This document shows, piece by piece, positions 26,695-40,170 of a stretch of 64,000 nucleotides of DNA; positions within the stretch are counted from its first letter, which is position 1; the number at the start of each line of letters is the position of its first letter. Made by a program: the position numbers and the translations under genes. Source of the stretch: Amoeboaphelidium protococcarum X5 (lineage: Eukaryota; Fungi; Aphelidiomycota); assembly GCA_023515725.1 (NCBI GenBank), contig JALDTO010000098.1:1018164-1082163 (forward strand), written 5' to 3'. The notes beneath the pieces were generated by a model. That model saw only the letters and a list, made by a program, of their open reading frames with translations. It was not told where the DNA came from and did no database searches.

Positions 26695-28359
26695 TCATTC
26701 ATTAATTTAGTTAGAGCCAGTATATATCTGAGCCGAGCTATTCGAATTCACCAGAGATAGGGTGCTTATTTCCTAATTATTATCACCAACAGATTTATTA
26801 GACTACTTGTGCTGCATATCAAAACGCCTAGCTTCGTCCTCAGGAATTATGGGCACACCTAAATATCCTCCCATTAGCTATGATAATCTTGAAAAATCAG
26901 TCGCCGATCGGATGGAAAAATAACACGCGTAAATCCCAAACAGAGCTAAATATGAAACGTATTACAAACTACGAGTAAAATCCCCATATCCAGCCTAAGA
27001 AACCTATTAGAATAGAGTAACAGTACATAATATCAGGAAAACAGAGTGAAGCAATATCCATCTTACTTTTCGTATCACCACAGCTACTGCTAAAAGGCTT
27101 TGCCCAAAACTACTATAACACAATCCAACCACCATTCTGACATCATTTTTCGTTAGTTTCAGCGCGTGTATCATATATAAGGACTCTGCGAGACTTAGAA
27201 GTACGATAAGAGTAAGCGAAATGCAAATCATAGCAACTGACACCGGTGCCTTAATTTTCTAGGACTGGACGATAATAAGCAGACAAATTTAAAGCAAAAA
27301 AAGCTTCAGCACTGAGCCAACATTGCGAAACACTTAAGCAGAACAAAGTACCAAACCTCCGATAACAATACTAAAAACTACGTATAGAGATATGTATTCT
27401 TTAACAGCACGTCCAACTCCATTGCAATAAATGTTCTTAAACCGTAATCGTTCCATTATCTACTTCTTCAATTTAAATACCGCGCATAAAAAAAAGAAAT
27501 TTACGGTCATAACATCCGAAAGCATCGCTAGAAAATTATACCATTCCAAAACGGAGATCAATTATGCAAGAATGTATGCAATCTAACTTACAATTGACAC
27601 AAATGCAACATGCCAGATAAAACCTATATCTAAGGATGTACATACAATGGCAATAAACAGTTCAATTTACAAGAATGGCTATAGATAATAAAGACAACTG
27701 ATTAAAGACATTTATCCAGACTATACAAAAGGAATCCAAGACAGACCCATCAAGACTACAGATAAATAGACCCCTAAACAAAATGCGACAACATACTTAT
27801 GTCCGCCATAACTGCGCATAATCAAACCTAACACTGCAGAAGCTAAAATGAGGATCTGAACAGTTAAAGTAATGGGAATCCCAATAGTGTAAATGGAATG
27901 GAATCTGGCATTGACAAACCCAGCGATTAAAGCAACGCAAGATGTCGCTATATCTTAAAGCAGATTCCCGCTTCTGTTCGCCGAAGAGTAAATCTATTCC
28001 AAATTTCTATCTTTAAATCTCCCTCTAGAGTAATCAATTAGCTCATCAACATCTTTCTAATTTTCAGGAGAAACACTAACCAGACTACGCACAATTCTCC
28101 CAATAAATCTCATGACGAAATTATCACCCTCAACTCCTGTATACTCATACTAAGACTGTTTAGCCTTCTCCAACTCCACTGTATCCACTTTAGAACTCAA
28201 AGTTATAGTCTTCTAGTTCAGCAGACTGATAAGACTCTCATTTACCACTACCTCATCCGCTTCAACATCAATCTAATCCTACTCATCACTTTCATAACCA
28301 GATTGCAACACAGCTTCATCCATCGTAACAGTCTTGACAATACTCTAATCAGTCATCAT
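26695..28359 (-). CDS. Hypothetical polytopic membrane protein (about 10-12 TM)
   Basis: 555-codon TGA-free frame; acidic N-terminus then two hydrophobic clusters; no family recognised. Confidence 0.7.
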
Positions 28360-28663
28360 TCTTCAAACAGAAACTTTTCTACTCTACTCTATCAATTAGA
28401 TTTAAAGAATAAAATAACTCAGTTGATGTATAAACCAAATTTGATAGAGTAGTCAGAAAGTTCCATCTTTATGCTGCCTGTCGAAACTTATTGCGATCCA
28501 ATCACGGTTGATGTAAATGACGATCTTGCAACAGAAGAAAATAGATTCCGCGGATCGCATTAAGGTGATCGAAGCCACTCATTTATTCAACTAACCGCTA
28601 TGATAAATACAAGAAAACAATTATTAAAACTCAAATCTATTAATTTTAAAAATGTAAATTTAA

Positions 28664-29695
28664 TCACATATTCAAGTCTTGTATATCAATTAATAGCTTG
28701 ATGCCCTTCGGCTATAATGCAGTAGAGTCCTATTAAGCAGACTGAAAGCCAAAACGAGTCTACACTTCCAACTTTTCCAAATATTTGCGCTATTTGCCCT
28801 TCTTGGATGATTTCAAATGATCAATAAATGCGACACAGTTTTCATAAATCTACTCCGCCGCCACCTTGCCATCATCCGATCGATCCAGATCAAACCTGCC
28901 CAATAACACGCTCAGAAAAGAATTATGATCGACCTTGTACATAGCCACATCCATCTATTATTTCAAGCTACGAGCAATCGCTTCAACAACATTTTCACTC
29001 ATTGTCTCTGCACGACGCTGAGATGGCATCAAGTTTAGAGGACCGAGAACACGCGCATATCCACCACGTTAAGTCTACTCTTCTGTAGGCAATGGCTCTC
29101 CATTAGCATCTATTTAAGGTGATAGCAGAAGATTTTTCATAAAATCAGGATGACAAATCACCTTATTGAATCGCGCCAATTTATCAACATTGGAACCAGA
29201 AATGAGCCGATCCAACTCCTACCTTGACGTGATAATCAACGCGTCACCACTGTCCAATTGCTTCTTCACCAAGGATGCATCTGACGTATCACATCCACTG
29301 AATGACTAATCCAGAACCTCTTTAGAAGGTGTAAACGCCAAAATACGCGTCTTCATAAATCTATGAGGCATCACTACGGATCCCTTCAAGTCTTTCACAT
29401 TGGAGTCGGATGATGAGAAATAGAAATTGAGTGCCACGTCCATCAACTTTTCTTCATCCAAGGTCTTTTATTGTGGAGTAGCCTGATACGTAACTGGATC
29501 AAATACTGAAGGCGGTTAGTGCTTGAGCGATAATGCTTATAACATATTAATTGCTTTCTAAAGAGGTATTGCACATTCTTCAATCATATCTACCACACTT
29601 TCATCCTTGACCACAATCTTCTAGTTCATCATGGACATCCATCTACTTCTTCCTACTCTTCCGGATATTTTAGACTTGATCGCTGTCCTTAACAT
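28664..29695 (-). CDS. MRPL1: Mitochondrial ribosomal protein uL1m
   Basis: Arg-rich presequence; LKGSVVMPH, ILAF, ICHPDFM, YARVLGPLNLMPS (uL1 LGP.GLMP motif); 344 codons; absent from the ORF track. Confidence 0.8.
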
Positions 29696-29908
29696 CTTTG
29701 AAATATTGTAAAAACTCTTGATGTGATTCTCTGATAAATTTATTGGTCAATGTAGAATTGCGTTCAACGCGTCAATCAATAGTTAAAAGAGTCAGCGAAG
29801 TCTATGCGATTTTTCGCTAAAAAAGACGCGAGTGAGCGTTTAGTTGCAGAAATCGAATTTTGAACTACAGTAAGAACCGAATATTTATTGTATTGAGGAG
29901 AATATACT

Positions 29909-31072
29909 TCAACAAAACTTCCATCTATTGCCGCAATTGACACAAGTGACAAAGGTAGTCATGGGTTCCTACAGCCATTTGACATACACATATAGATGAT
30001 TAATAATGATCTGGATATATAATAATGTAATACTTACGTCAGCTGAGCGTGTCTACAACTAGTAATACTTGGTCTTGCGCTGTTTACACTTGCCACATTT
30101 AAATTAATCAGTCTCGGCTTCATTCTTGCCAGAGAGAAGATTCTTGGCTTCATTCAGAAGAGCTTCCTTGATGGCTTTGTTCTCAGCACGCACTGAAGGT
30201 TACAGTTCATCTGCTGAAAGGGAGCACAGGGATTCTGGTGCATACTTGCCCTCTTTATTTATTATCTGCATGAAAATACTATCTTCACTGCTTGCATCGT
30301 CCGCTTTACTAGCCTGCTTAATATTCAGAAACAGCATTCTGATTTTCGCAGAGTAAGACTCTTTCATTTGAGGATCTGAGAATGGATACAGGGCATTGAC
30401 AGCGGCTTCAATCTCTTCACATAGACTTTATAGATATTCCACCGACTTTTCACACTAAGATGAGCCTTTAAACGCGTTAAATAATAGATTTAAAGATTTC
30501 AGTCTTATAGGATCTTCCACGCTACTGAATTGCGGTTTTGACTCACTTAATTATGCAGACTCCTTACCATCATCTTTAATCTAAGGTGGAGTTTATTATC
30601 GACTTTACTTTTATTTCTATATAGAAATCTCAACAGCAGAAGACTCTCTTTTAACCTTCTTGTTAGCTACAATGGCGGTAGAGGAACTATTATCTCCAGG
30701 CTCAGATTTCACACTGACGCGCTTCCTCTGGACATCCACCGCCCTAGTAGTACCATTGCCGTTACTCGGTGGCTTCTAGTAATTAATGTCATTCTTCCAC
30801 TTATCTACCAGGCTCTTACATTATGCACTTATATCTTTTCCCTCTGCCACTTGCCATGATGTACTGACTTTTCTGAGTTTCCCAACCGCCAGACCAATAC
30901 CAGTTTTAGCCAAGAATTCTGTCGATACTTGGAACTCTCTAAGCTGATTTAAGATGTACTTGATGCTGCTCAATTAATCATTACTAACCGCTTTACCGCT
31001 ATCACTAGAGATCTGAGATATTACATTTTCCAACTAGCTCTTGAAATCTATAGCGCGTTATACGTCGTCCAT
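29909..31072 (-). CDS. DST1: Transcription elongation factor TFIIS
   Basis: LAKTGIGLAVGKLRK; FKCGKCKQRKTKYYQLQTRSAD|EPMTTFVTCVNCGNRWKFC; intron 29969-30037. Confidence 0.95.
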
Positions 31073-31399
31073 TATTGTATGATTAAATTTAAATTGAATG
31101 AAATTTCCCGCCTGAATTGAAGTCGAGAAGGACTTTGCAAGAAAATGGCGAGAGTTAGAAGGAACGCGATCAGTGTGAGACAATGCCCAAAATACATTTG
31201 CTGCTGTAAAGGGTGGAAAGGCACTCCAACGTATCCCATGCCTTTGACAGACTTTCCAACGTATCCGGTGTCTTAAGTTGTTTTTACTGCCGCTAAAGAT
31301 ACGTTTTACGGTTTAGGGGATCTGATAATATGCGATGAATGAGCATAATGGAATACAAGTATAATCAATCAAATTTTCCTTTATTCCCAATTTGCCACA

Positions 31400-32713
31400 T
31401 CACTTCTTACCATATTCAAGAGCAACTAGTTTAGCAATAGTGTTCAACTAAATGTTGCTAGTACCTTCGTAAATGGCTCCAATCTTACAATCGCGGTAAA
31501 ACTTTTCAATACCCAAATCTTTAGTGAATCCAACACCACCCATCCACTCAATTGCGAGAGAGGCAGCCTTCTGAGCAACCTGAGAAGAGTAGAGCTTGGC
31601 CATGGCAGCCTGCTTGACAAAGTTCTTTTGCATGTCGGGATCCAGGATACCAACTACAGTTCCGCCACTGGTTGACTACTTCTTATCCTGACTCAACGCA
31701 TCCAGCTACTCCTTCAATCTGGCAGCATTATAAGTCAACAGACGCGCAGCCTCAATCTCGGTGGCAACTTGAGCATATTGATGCTGTAATCCCTAAAAAT
31801 GGCCAATCTTCTGACCAAATTGCTCCCTCTCATACAAGTATGGAATAGTCTAATCACATACACCTTGAGCCAGACCGATCATTTGAGCAGAGATACCGAT
31901 TCTACCTTCATTCAAAATCTCAATAGCATACTTGTACCCCTGACCAACTTGGCCGAGAATGTTAGAAGCAGGAACCTTGACATTATCCAAATTGATGGTA
32001 CACGTACTGCTAGCTCTAATACCCAACTTATCCTCCTTCTTGCCAATCGACAGTCCCGGATGAGTTTTGTCCACCACAAAGCAAGTAATTCCCTTATAGC
32101 CCTTATTGAAATCAGTGTTGGCAAAGATCAAGTAGATTGACGCCTCTCCCGAGTTGGTAATCCACATTTTGGAGCCATTCAGAACATAGTAATCGCCCTT
32201 CTTATCAGCCCGAGTCTTGAGGGCAAATGCATCACTACCGGAACTGCTTTCACTTAGACCAAAACATCCGACCGCATTACTTGCCAACTGAGGTAGATAC
32301 TTTTACTTCAAATCAGGGGATCCATACTTTAAAAAGAGAGTGTTCACCAGAGTGTTCTGAACATCACATGCTACAGACACTGCAGGATCAATCTTGGCCA
32401 GCTCTTCAACAGTCAAGATGGTGGACATGAACGACATATCACTACCGCCGTACTCACTAGGAATCTCAACACCCATGAGACCCATTTCAAATAACTGCGG
32501 AAAGATGGATGCATCCAGTTGAGAGTTCTTATCCATCTCATGCACCAACGGCTTCACCTTCTCCTGAGCGTATCTCTGCACCATACTCTTCAACTGCAAC
32601 TCTTCCTCAGTAAAAGTGTACAGAGATGGGACATTACTCATAGCCAGTCTTGACTAAATAAATCTCTAACCACTGCGACCGACAACATTTCTAACAGCAC
32701 CAACTCTGAGCAT
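31400..32713 (-). CDS. ACADSB: Short/branched-chain acyl-CoA dehydrogenase, mitochondrial
   Basis: [63 protein letters not shown]; 438 codons. Confidence 0.93.
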
Positions 32714-33535
32714 GACGTTTTGTATTTCACACGCTTAAATGCTTTTTTTCTCTCTGACACCGGAAAAGAAAGGCAAACTGGCAAAGTGAAAGAGAGAATT
32801 CTTCGCCGTGAGCGTTTCAAACGAGCGCGGTTGATTTAGTTTAAACAGAATGTTCCTGTGCAATTTTTGTGGATTTTATACTGTAGAACAGACTTGAGAG
32901 TGTCGCGTCTACTGTATCTGTGTGCCACGTTTCTTTAGCTTTGCTTTCACTCTCTCTCTCTCTCTCTACGCGCTAAGTTTGTGAATCAGTAACCAAATCT
33001 AGTAGATCTTCCAATTGATGCATATACATTTTGCTAATCTAATCATTATAGTCGCCGGATACCATCACAGACATAACTGTAATTGTACTGTAGATTTGTT
33101 CATCATTTGGAAACGTAATGTCTCACTCTTAAAGATTGAAAGATTGAGCGAGAACACCCATTCGACAGACTTAGCGTAACAAGTAGTTTCTTTCTATCTC
33201 ATATCAGTAACACTAGGAGCGCTTACAAAGGAATACTATCTGAGTGGACAGCGTTTCAGCCATGCACACTGAGTCCTCTCTGTCGTTGTGATCAATGCAA
33301 CTTGAAAAGGCGACGCATCGGTCGCGCTCGCTCGCTCGCTCTTTTCGCGTTTCTCTCATTTTGAAACTCTTCTCGTCGCTCTGGACACTATCTCTCTTAG
33401 ACTCTCTCTCTCTATTGCTCTGCCGCTTAAGACACAACATATTGTCATCCTCATCTGAATATTTAAATCTCTTCCATCTATTATTATATTTGAATTTGAA
33501 TTTGCTAAATTATAATTATCTAGTGTTGGTTAATA

Positions 33536-35863
33536 ATGTTGAATTAAGGATCTGCGTTTTAGGCTTAGATGCAAGAGTTTTAGAGACTTGCCATGAAGGA
33601 GGATTGGTTTCTGAATGATCTTCTCTTAACTTAACAGCATTAACAATAGCAATAGCAGAATTAAAATTTACCGGTAAATCTGTCTATTCATAGAAATCGG
33701 ATATTTCAGTCTTTGAGGAGTACACTGCCGAATGAGATTGAATGGGCCTTGAACAAGTTGCTGTTGCTCTCTTGGTATGGGACTGCAGAAGGATTCAGTC
33801 CATAGACTGGCGGATTGATTCTGCTGGCGGACCTGTGGCGTGCATTGCTTGAACTGGATGTTATTGTTAAATTTGCATCTGGCCTGTCATTATCACATTA
33901 GATGTCTAGAAACAAGGCGGATTCTGCAGCTAGCAGCATTTCAAAGCTATCCAAGTACTTGTTATCACCATAGGAAAAGGAGTAGGTGTTGAATGTAATG
34001 CAAATCCTGAGAAATTTCACTTTTGTTGATGGTAATGTTCGTCAGATGCTGCAGCCTAATGCTTACATGTTATTTGATGATAGAGCGTTTGGTGTGCTCG
34101 ATTTGATTAATCTGGTTCTTCAAGTTACTTCTTCAGGTCCTTAGAGGTGTACCACTTCATCTGCCAAAAGTGACGGTGATAACATTGGGGATGATGGTTT
34201 CTATACGGAATTATCACTTTAGGCGTTGGATGCTATTGAGAACTTTGGTATTTATATAAAGTTGAATCATGGTGGTGGTAGTGTCAATGTAAGTGCGGAG
34301 TAGAGACATCATACGAACTAGCTGGTATTGTCTCTGTTCAACTCTTGCAAGTACATGCTCATTCACACTGTGGATAGATATGTCATATTGGGAAGTATAA
34401 GATATCTAAGTCGGCAGTGTATACATGAACATAATCATCCATTGTTCTGTACTGATCGCATACAGCCTTAGTAATCGCAATGGGACAATGATACGGACGA
34501 GGATAAGCTTGATTTAGTATTTAAAAGCCAATAATAAGATTATGTTGTGCATAATGCCGATGTTTTGAGAAAGTTGGCATCCCTGCTCTATGTGTGGGAT
34601 GAAGAGATTAATATTGCTGTTTTGGAGTTGATGTACTGGTGGAGTGCAATCTATCATTATAATGGCAAGTCAACCGGTGTGGATCTATTTAATTATGAAA
34701 AGGGTCTGCGTTAGAGGTATCATACAGATATGGCCCATTGTATTCTGAATTGGTTGTCGAGTAATGATGGATCAGCTGACACTAATTTAGAGTAATTTCG
34801 TATTGGTTCCAATGATGGTGGATTTACATTTATCAAGACTATTTTCAAGTTTTTAGAATGGAGAAGCCCAGTGAAAGCTCAGCAGTAGCAATAGCAACTT
34901 TAACTGCAGGCTGCTTAGATGCAGTAAATGAAGTTGTAATAGCAGCAGTAATAACAGTTATAGTAGCAATAACAATAGTAGTTGCTTATGCAATAAAAGC
35001 AGTAGTAGCAGTAGTAATAGAAGAAGAGTATTCTTGATAAATCTGATTTTTAGGATTGTCTGAATTGGTGGAAGAATAACTTTGTATTGGAACCTGGTTC
35101 TGCTAATAACGCAGAAGATAAGCCACAGCCTATCTAATAGATGGAAGCTTTCGCGTAGTATGTTACCTATTGTAAGTAGAAGAATCAAATGTCTCTGCCG
35201 CTGTCAGAGTTTATGAAGATGATACCTCTGGCTTTCTCATCTCCTTCTGCATCTACTACTACTACTAATACTCCACAACAAGGTAGAATTGGAGCAGTTG
35301 AAGTTATTTAGTCTAATGGCAAGTAGATTCTGATCATCAAGGGAATAAGAAGGAAGCCATTGAGTGTTGACGATAACAATTCGAGTACTTTGACAGATGA
35401 CAATCAGATGGAAGTTGATCAACCTCCACAGCGTTCTTCAAAGGAAGAGAGTGCATCTACTTTGGATTCTATCAAGACGAACGCTGGCTCTACAGAGTCT
35501 CTACCAGAGCAATCTCTATCATAGCCTAGTGCTGAGTAATCATTATCTTCATCTTAGTAGCCTTAGTAGTAAAGCAGATCCAGTGCTGACGGCGCGTCGC
35601 GAAAGTTTGGAGTTCCTCCACCTGCTCCATATGTTCCACCTATACAGTACAAAGACGATAATAACATTCCTTTAATGTCAGCATTGATTCTGCGTAATCT
35701 TGCTTATTCAAAAGCTAATCATGGCGTTATGAAATAGTTTGAAGATGACATTGTGCGCTATATGGCTCTTCGTGGTCCGATGGCAAATGAGACTGTTATT
35801 CGTGCTCTCTGCGGGATATTGCTTGAGATTGCAGACAAGAAACCATAGTTGGAAGATGATTGA
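33536..35863 (+). CDS. RSC9/ARID2-like chromatin-remodelling subunit
   Basis: 776-codon frame missed by the ORF track; QSLRSTLPNEIEWALNKLLLLS, poly-Q at about 34880-35020, RFX-like CLNWWKNNF..EAFAQYVTYC..EFMKMIP, C-terminal SALILRNLA. Confidence 0.75.
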
Positions 35864-35972
35864 TTAGTTGAAAAATGAACGAGTTGTTTGAGGTTAACAA
35901 TAAAGATATCTACTGTATTGATTTATTACTTCTTCACGCTGATAGTCTAAGTATACTATAATGATGTCCCAC

Positions 35973-37676
35973 TCAGTCATCGAAAGTGACCTTGGTACCC
36001 TTAAACTCGGCAATGTTTCCCTTAGCTTTGTTCACACCGCCAAAACCACCTCTGCTACCACCTCTTCCACCACGGCCGCCTCTGAATCCTCCTCTGGCAC
36101 CACCTCTACCGCCTCTTCCACCTCTGCCACCACCAGCATTATCACCAGCTGGTTTCTGGCCGGCATAATCCAGGCGCAAGCTTCTGCCATCAACCTCCAT
36201 TCCCTGGCAGCTCTCCAAAGCCTTCTTGGCCTCATCAACACTTCCGAACTCGACATACGCGAATCCCTTCACCTGACCAGTCTCGCGATCAGTAGGGACT
36301 CTGATGTGCACTGGCTCAGCGTGTGCGCTGAAAGCATCACGCAGCATATCCTAAGTACCATTGAAAGACATGTTACCGACAAACAGAGTAGAAGAAGGCT
36401 CAGATAGCGGACGATCACTTGCTCTTGGCTTCTGCTACTTCTAACCTCTAGCTGGAGAATCCATCGCGTAATGCAGATTAACACTGCGGCCATCAACCTC
36501 CTGCTGATCACACTTCTCGATTGCCGCGGTAGCATCATCCACAGAGGCAAACTCGATAAATCCAAAGCCACGACTCCTGCCAGATTCGCGATCCATGATG
36601 ATGCGAACACTCTAAGCCTCGACACCAGCAATTTCTTTAACAGCCTCGTACAGAGAATCTTCGGTGGAGTTATAGCTCAATCCGACAATTCTAACGGTAG
36701 ACGAAGGGGCATTCTGCTGATCCTGAATAACCTTGGACTTCTTAGCTGGACTCTCATCGTTGAATGCTGCCTTCACGTTCTCTTTCTCTTCAGCCTTACG
36801 CTTAGCAGGAGAGGATTTCTCCACAACTTTAGTCTCATCATCACTCTCGGAATCGGAAGATGATGATGCGCTATCATCGCTACTAGATGACGCGCTATCA
36901 CCAGAGTCGGATGCGGAGCTGTCACTGTCAACATCCATCTTGTCTTCAACAGCAGCCACTTTGGTACTTTTGCTTACAGCAGCAGCACTCTCCTTCTCAT
37001 CATCAGAAGAGTCGTCTGATGAGGAAGAGCTGTCAGAATCACTCTGTGCCTTCACAGCAACTGGAGCAGCCTTTGACTTCTTGGTCTCAGTAACAACTGG
37101 AGCAGCAACAACCTACTCATCTTCGCTCTCGCTAGAAGAAGAATCCGAAGAAGATGACGCGTTATCCTCACTATCAGACTCGGACTCGGAGCTGCTAGAC
37201 TCAGCAGTCACCTTCACTTTCTCGCTGGAGGCGGTGGTGGTAGCCTTCTTGTCAGCACCCTTGACAGGTCCAACATTAGTAGCCTTTGCTTTTAAAACAG
37301 GAGCCTCAGCCTCAGATTCAGACGCGCTACTTTCGCTATCACTCTCACTGCTGCTACTGCTATCACTACTACTTGAAGAATCGGAGCTTGACGCGTCAGA
37401 CACAGCCTTCACAGGAGCGGCAACAGACTTGGCCTTCTTTGCCACTGGCTCGGCTTCACTTTCACTATCGGATGATGATGATGATGAATCGCTGCTAGAA
37501 TCTTCCTTGACTGGCTAGACAATCTTTTTCACTTTTGCGCTCTTACCAGACATGACCTCGGTATCTTTGACCTTCTTGCCATCCTTCTTACTACCACTGC
37601 TCTTCTTGGATACAGACTTACTAGGAGTCTTTGCTGCCACAACGGCAGTATCAGCTGCAATCTACTTCTTTCCCAT
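35973..37676 (-). CDS. NSR1: Nucleolin-like protein (Nsr1/Gar2)
   Basis: Alternating Ser/acidic and Lys/Ala/Pro blocks, two RRMs (RGFGFIEF, KGFAYVEF), RGG box, terminal FKGTKVTFDD. Confidence 0.92.
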
Positions 37677-37917
37677 TTTGATTTTTATGATATATATCAC
37701 TACTTTAATACAAACACTTGACGTTAAACAATGTTCCGATATTGATGAAAAGGAGCGAAAGGCTCATTTATAAATTGATCAGTTTTCACCAACCGAACAT
37801 GTTCGCCCCTGGACGCGTTAAATTACAATATCAAAGGGTTGATTAAAGACTTCGCTGTTGTTGTTACATAATCGGCTCTACTTTCTATCCTCATTTTTCA
37901 TCTGATTCAAGATCAAG

Positions 37918-38955
37918 ATGTAATCAAACTATTGGAAAAGCGTTTAGTTTGCGCTGCCTGCTGGTAGAGCCATCGCTGGCAAGTAAATCACTTCTGGTAA
38001 TAGAGTTTAAGGTGGTAAGATTAATGTTTTGGCATTGCACGGTTGGTTGGATAACGCTAACTCTTTTGACTTTATTGCACCAGCTCTAATTGAAACTCAC
38101 ACCGAGTAGAACATTGACTTGATTGCTCTAGATTTTGCGGGACATGGATAAAGTTCACATAACCCACCAGGACAAGATTACAGTTTAGTGGCTCATGTCA
38201 GGGATATTCTTCAAGTTCTGAAAAGTCAACAATGGAAATCTGTGTATCTACTGGCTCATTCAATGGGAGGAGCGGTCGCGTCTCTATTGTCTGCTGCATA
38301 TCCAGAATTAATTAAAGGATGTTGCCTGATTGAAAGTCTTGGTCCACTGACTCGGCCTGTCGATCACACAACCAGAGGCCTGAGGCAACACTTGTAACAG
38401 AGGCTTAAGTTGTTGGAATCTACAGATCCTCTTTTAGGAATGCCTGTCTATCGATCAATTGAAGATGCTGCTATTGCTAGACAGAAGGGAACGTCAAATG
38501 GTACAATCAGTATGGAAGGTGCGATATTGCTCACAGAGCGCGGCATCAAGTAATTGCCTGATGGTATGTTCACTTGGAGAACGGATAGAGTTCTGACAAC
38601 GGCAAGCGGAATGTCGTACGATGAACCGTAGATTCTAAATATCATGGCTGGAATCTAATGTCCTGTTTTCGCTGTGTATGGGCGCCAGGGATTTGCGATG
38701 ATCCTTGACAGTGACGCCACTAACAGCAGAGACTAAAATGCAGAAGATTAAACGGACGCTTTCTCTCACATTGATTGGTCGGCGAGATGGCGCGTCTTAG
38801 CTAAAAGCACTGGAAACAGGCTTGAGCGATATTTGCTTGATGGAGGACATCATTTACACATGGATAAAGATGGCGCTGTCCCTGAGCTGGCCAAGTTGAT
38901 CTCTTCATGGATGTCTAACTGTGAGAATTAATTTTCTGCCATATCCAAGTTATGA
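37918..38955 (+). CDS. Serine hydrolase-like (SERHL/kraken family) alpha/beta hydrolase with PTS1
   Basis: LALHGWLDNANSF, LDFAGHGQSSH, LLAHSMGG, GGHHLHMD; ends -SKL then TGA. Confidence 0.88.
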
Positions 38956-39073
38956 CCCCATGAATTAAGTTGTTAAAAGATCTATCGTTCGGCTTTCCTC
39001 TTCTTTTGTTTCATTTCGAAAATGATCAAGATTTTAAGCATATCCACCCATTTTCTATCTCCTGTAAAGCATC

Positions 39074-39928
39074 ATGTAGTCGTCATAAGATTCAGATTTT
39101 GAAGAATTACATTGTGAAGATTTAGAGGACCGCGCAAGTATCAGTAGTATATCTCGCGATGAATAAATAGGGAATAAGAGTCAAGACTAGGAGTAAGATG
39201 ATAATGATGATAAGACTTGTAGAATATGCTTCGGTGGTAGTGATGATATACCGACTCTTGGGCGATTTCTAAGTCCATGCAAGTGTAAAGGATCTATGAA
39301 GTATGTTCATTTAGAGTGCTTACAACAATGGCGTGCAACTAGTCCAAATGCTTATTATTATAAATGCCCATAATGCTAGTATAACTACAGGCTCAGTAGG
39401 ATTAATGCTTTTAAAATGCTCACTCATGAACTAACATTCACGGTCATCACGTTGATTATATTTTTCATTATCGTAATACTCGCTGGATTCGTCAGTAAAT
39501 GGTTCATGTCGATGCTTCTATCAGCATTTATAGATGCTGACGTGTAGACTATTATTCTAAAGGAAGACGGTGATCGCATGTAATAAAAGTAAACTTTGGC
39601 TATTCGACTCGGTGATGATAGTGCAGACTAACTAATGCTAGATACCAACTCTTGGACGTATCACCTCCTATCAGGAACAACTCTGATCGGTCTTTTATCT
39701 TTTGCCGGAATTGGAATAATTGGAAATTTCAACTTTCGACTTGGTGGGAATAATTTTGGAGGAAACGTGGATAGATCTGCTTCATTAATCATATTGATCG
39801 TTGTCGTTCTTATCGGCGTGTTGAGAAGCTTTTTGTTCATTTACAGAAATGTGAAACGACGCGTCAAAGCATATGGAATTTTTGCGATGGAACAAGCAGT
39901 TCTAGACGTACCTGAAGATGTAGACTGA
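39074..39928 (+). CDS. RING-CH (MARCH-type) membrane E3 ubiquitin ligase
   Basis: CRICF...FLSPCKCKGSMKYVHLECLQQW...CPQCQY followed by about 3 TM helices. Confidence 0.88.
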
Positions 39929-40170
39929 TTTAGGTGCTTAAAACTATTGCCATATTATATATTAGCTTATTAATTTTCCGGAATACTCTTTAATTTTCTA
40001 TGCTGTTATATTACTGCTCAGCTTCATTAAAGATAACCGATGGTTATAAGGGGCCATTTTAAGGGGATCAATTCGATTGCTTAATGCGATCTCCTGAAAC
40101 ATTGCTATGCTGTTATCTTCATTATAATTCGTTGTTGCTCAATTACAATAAGTAGTTATTATTTGCCATC

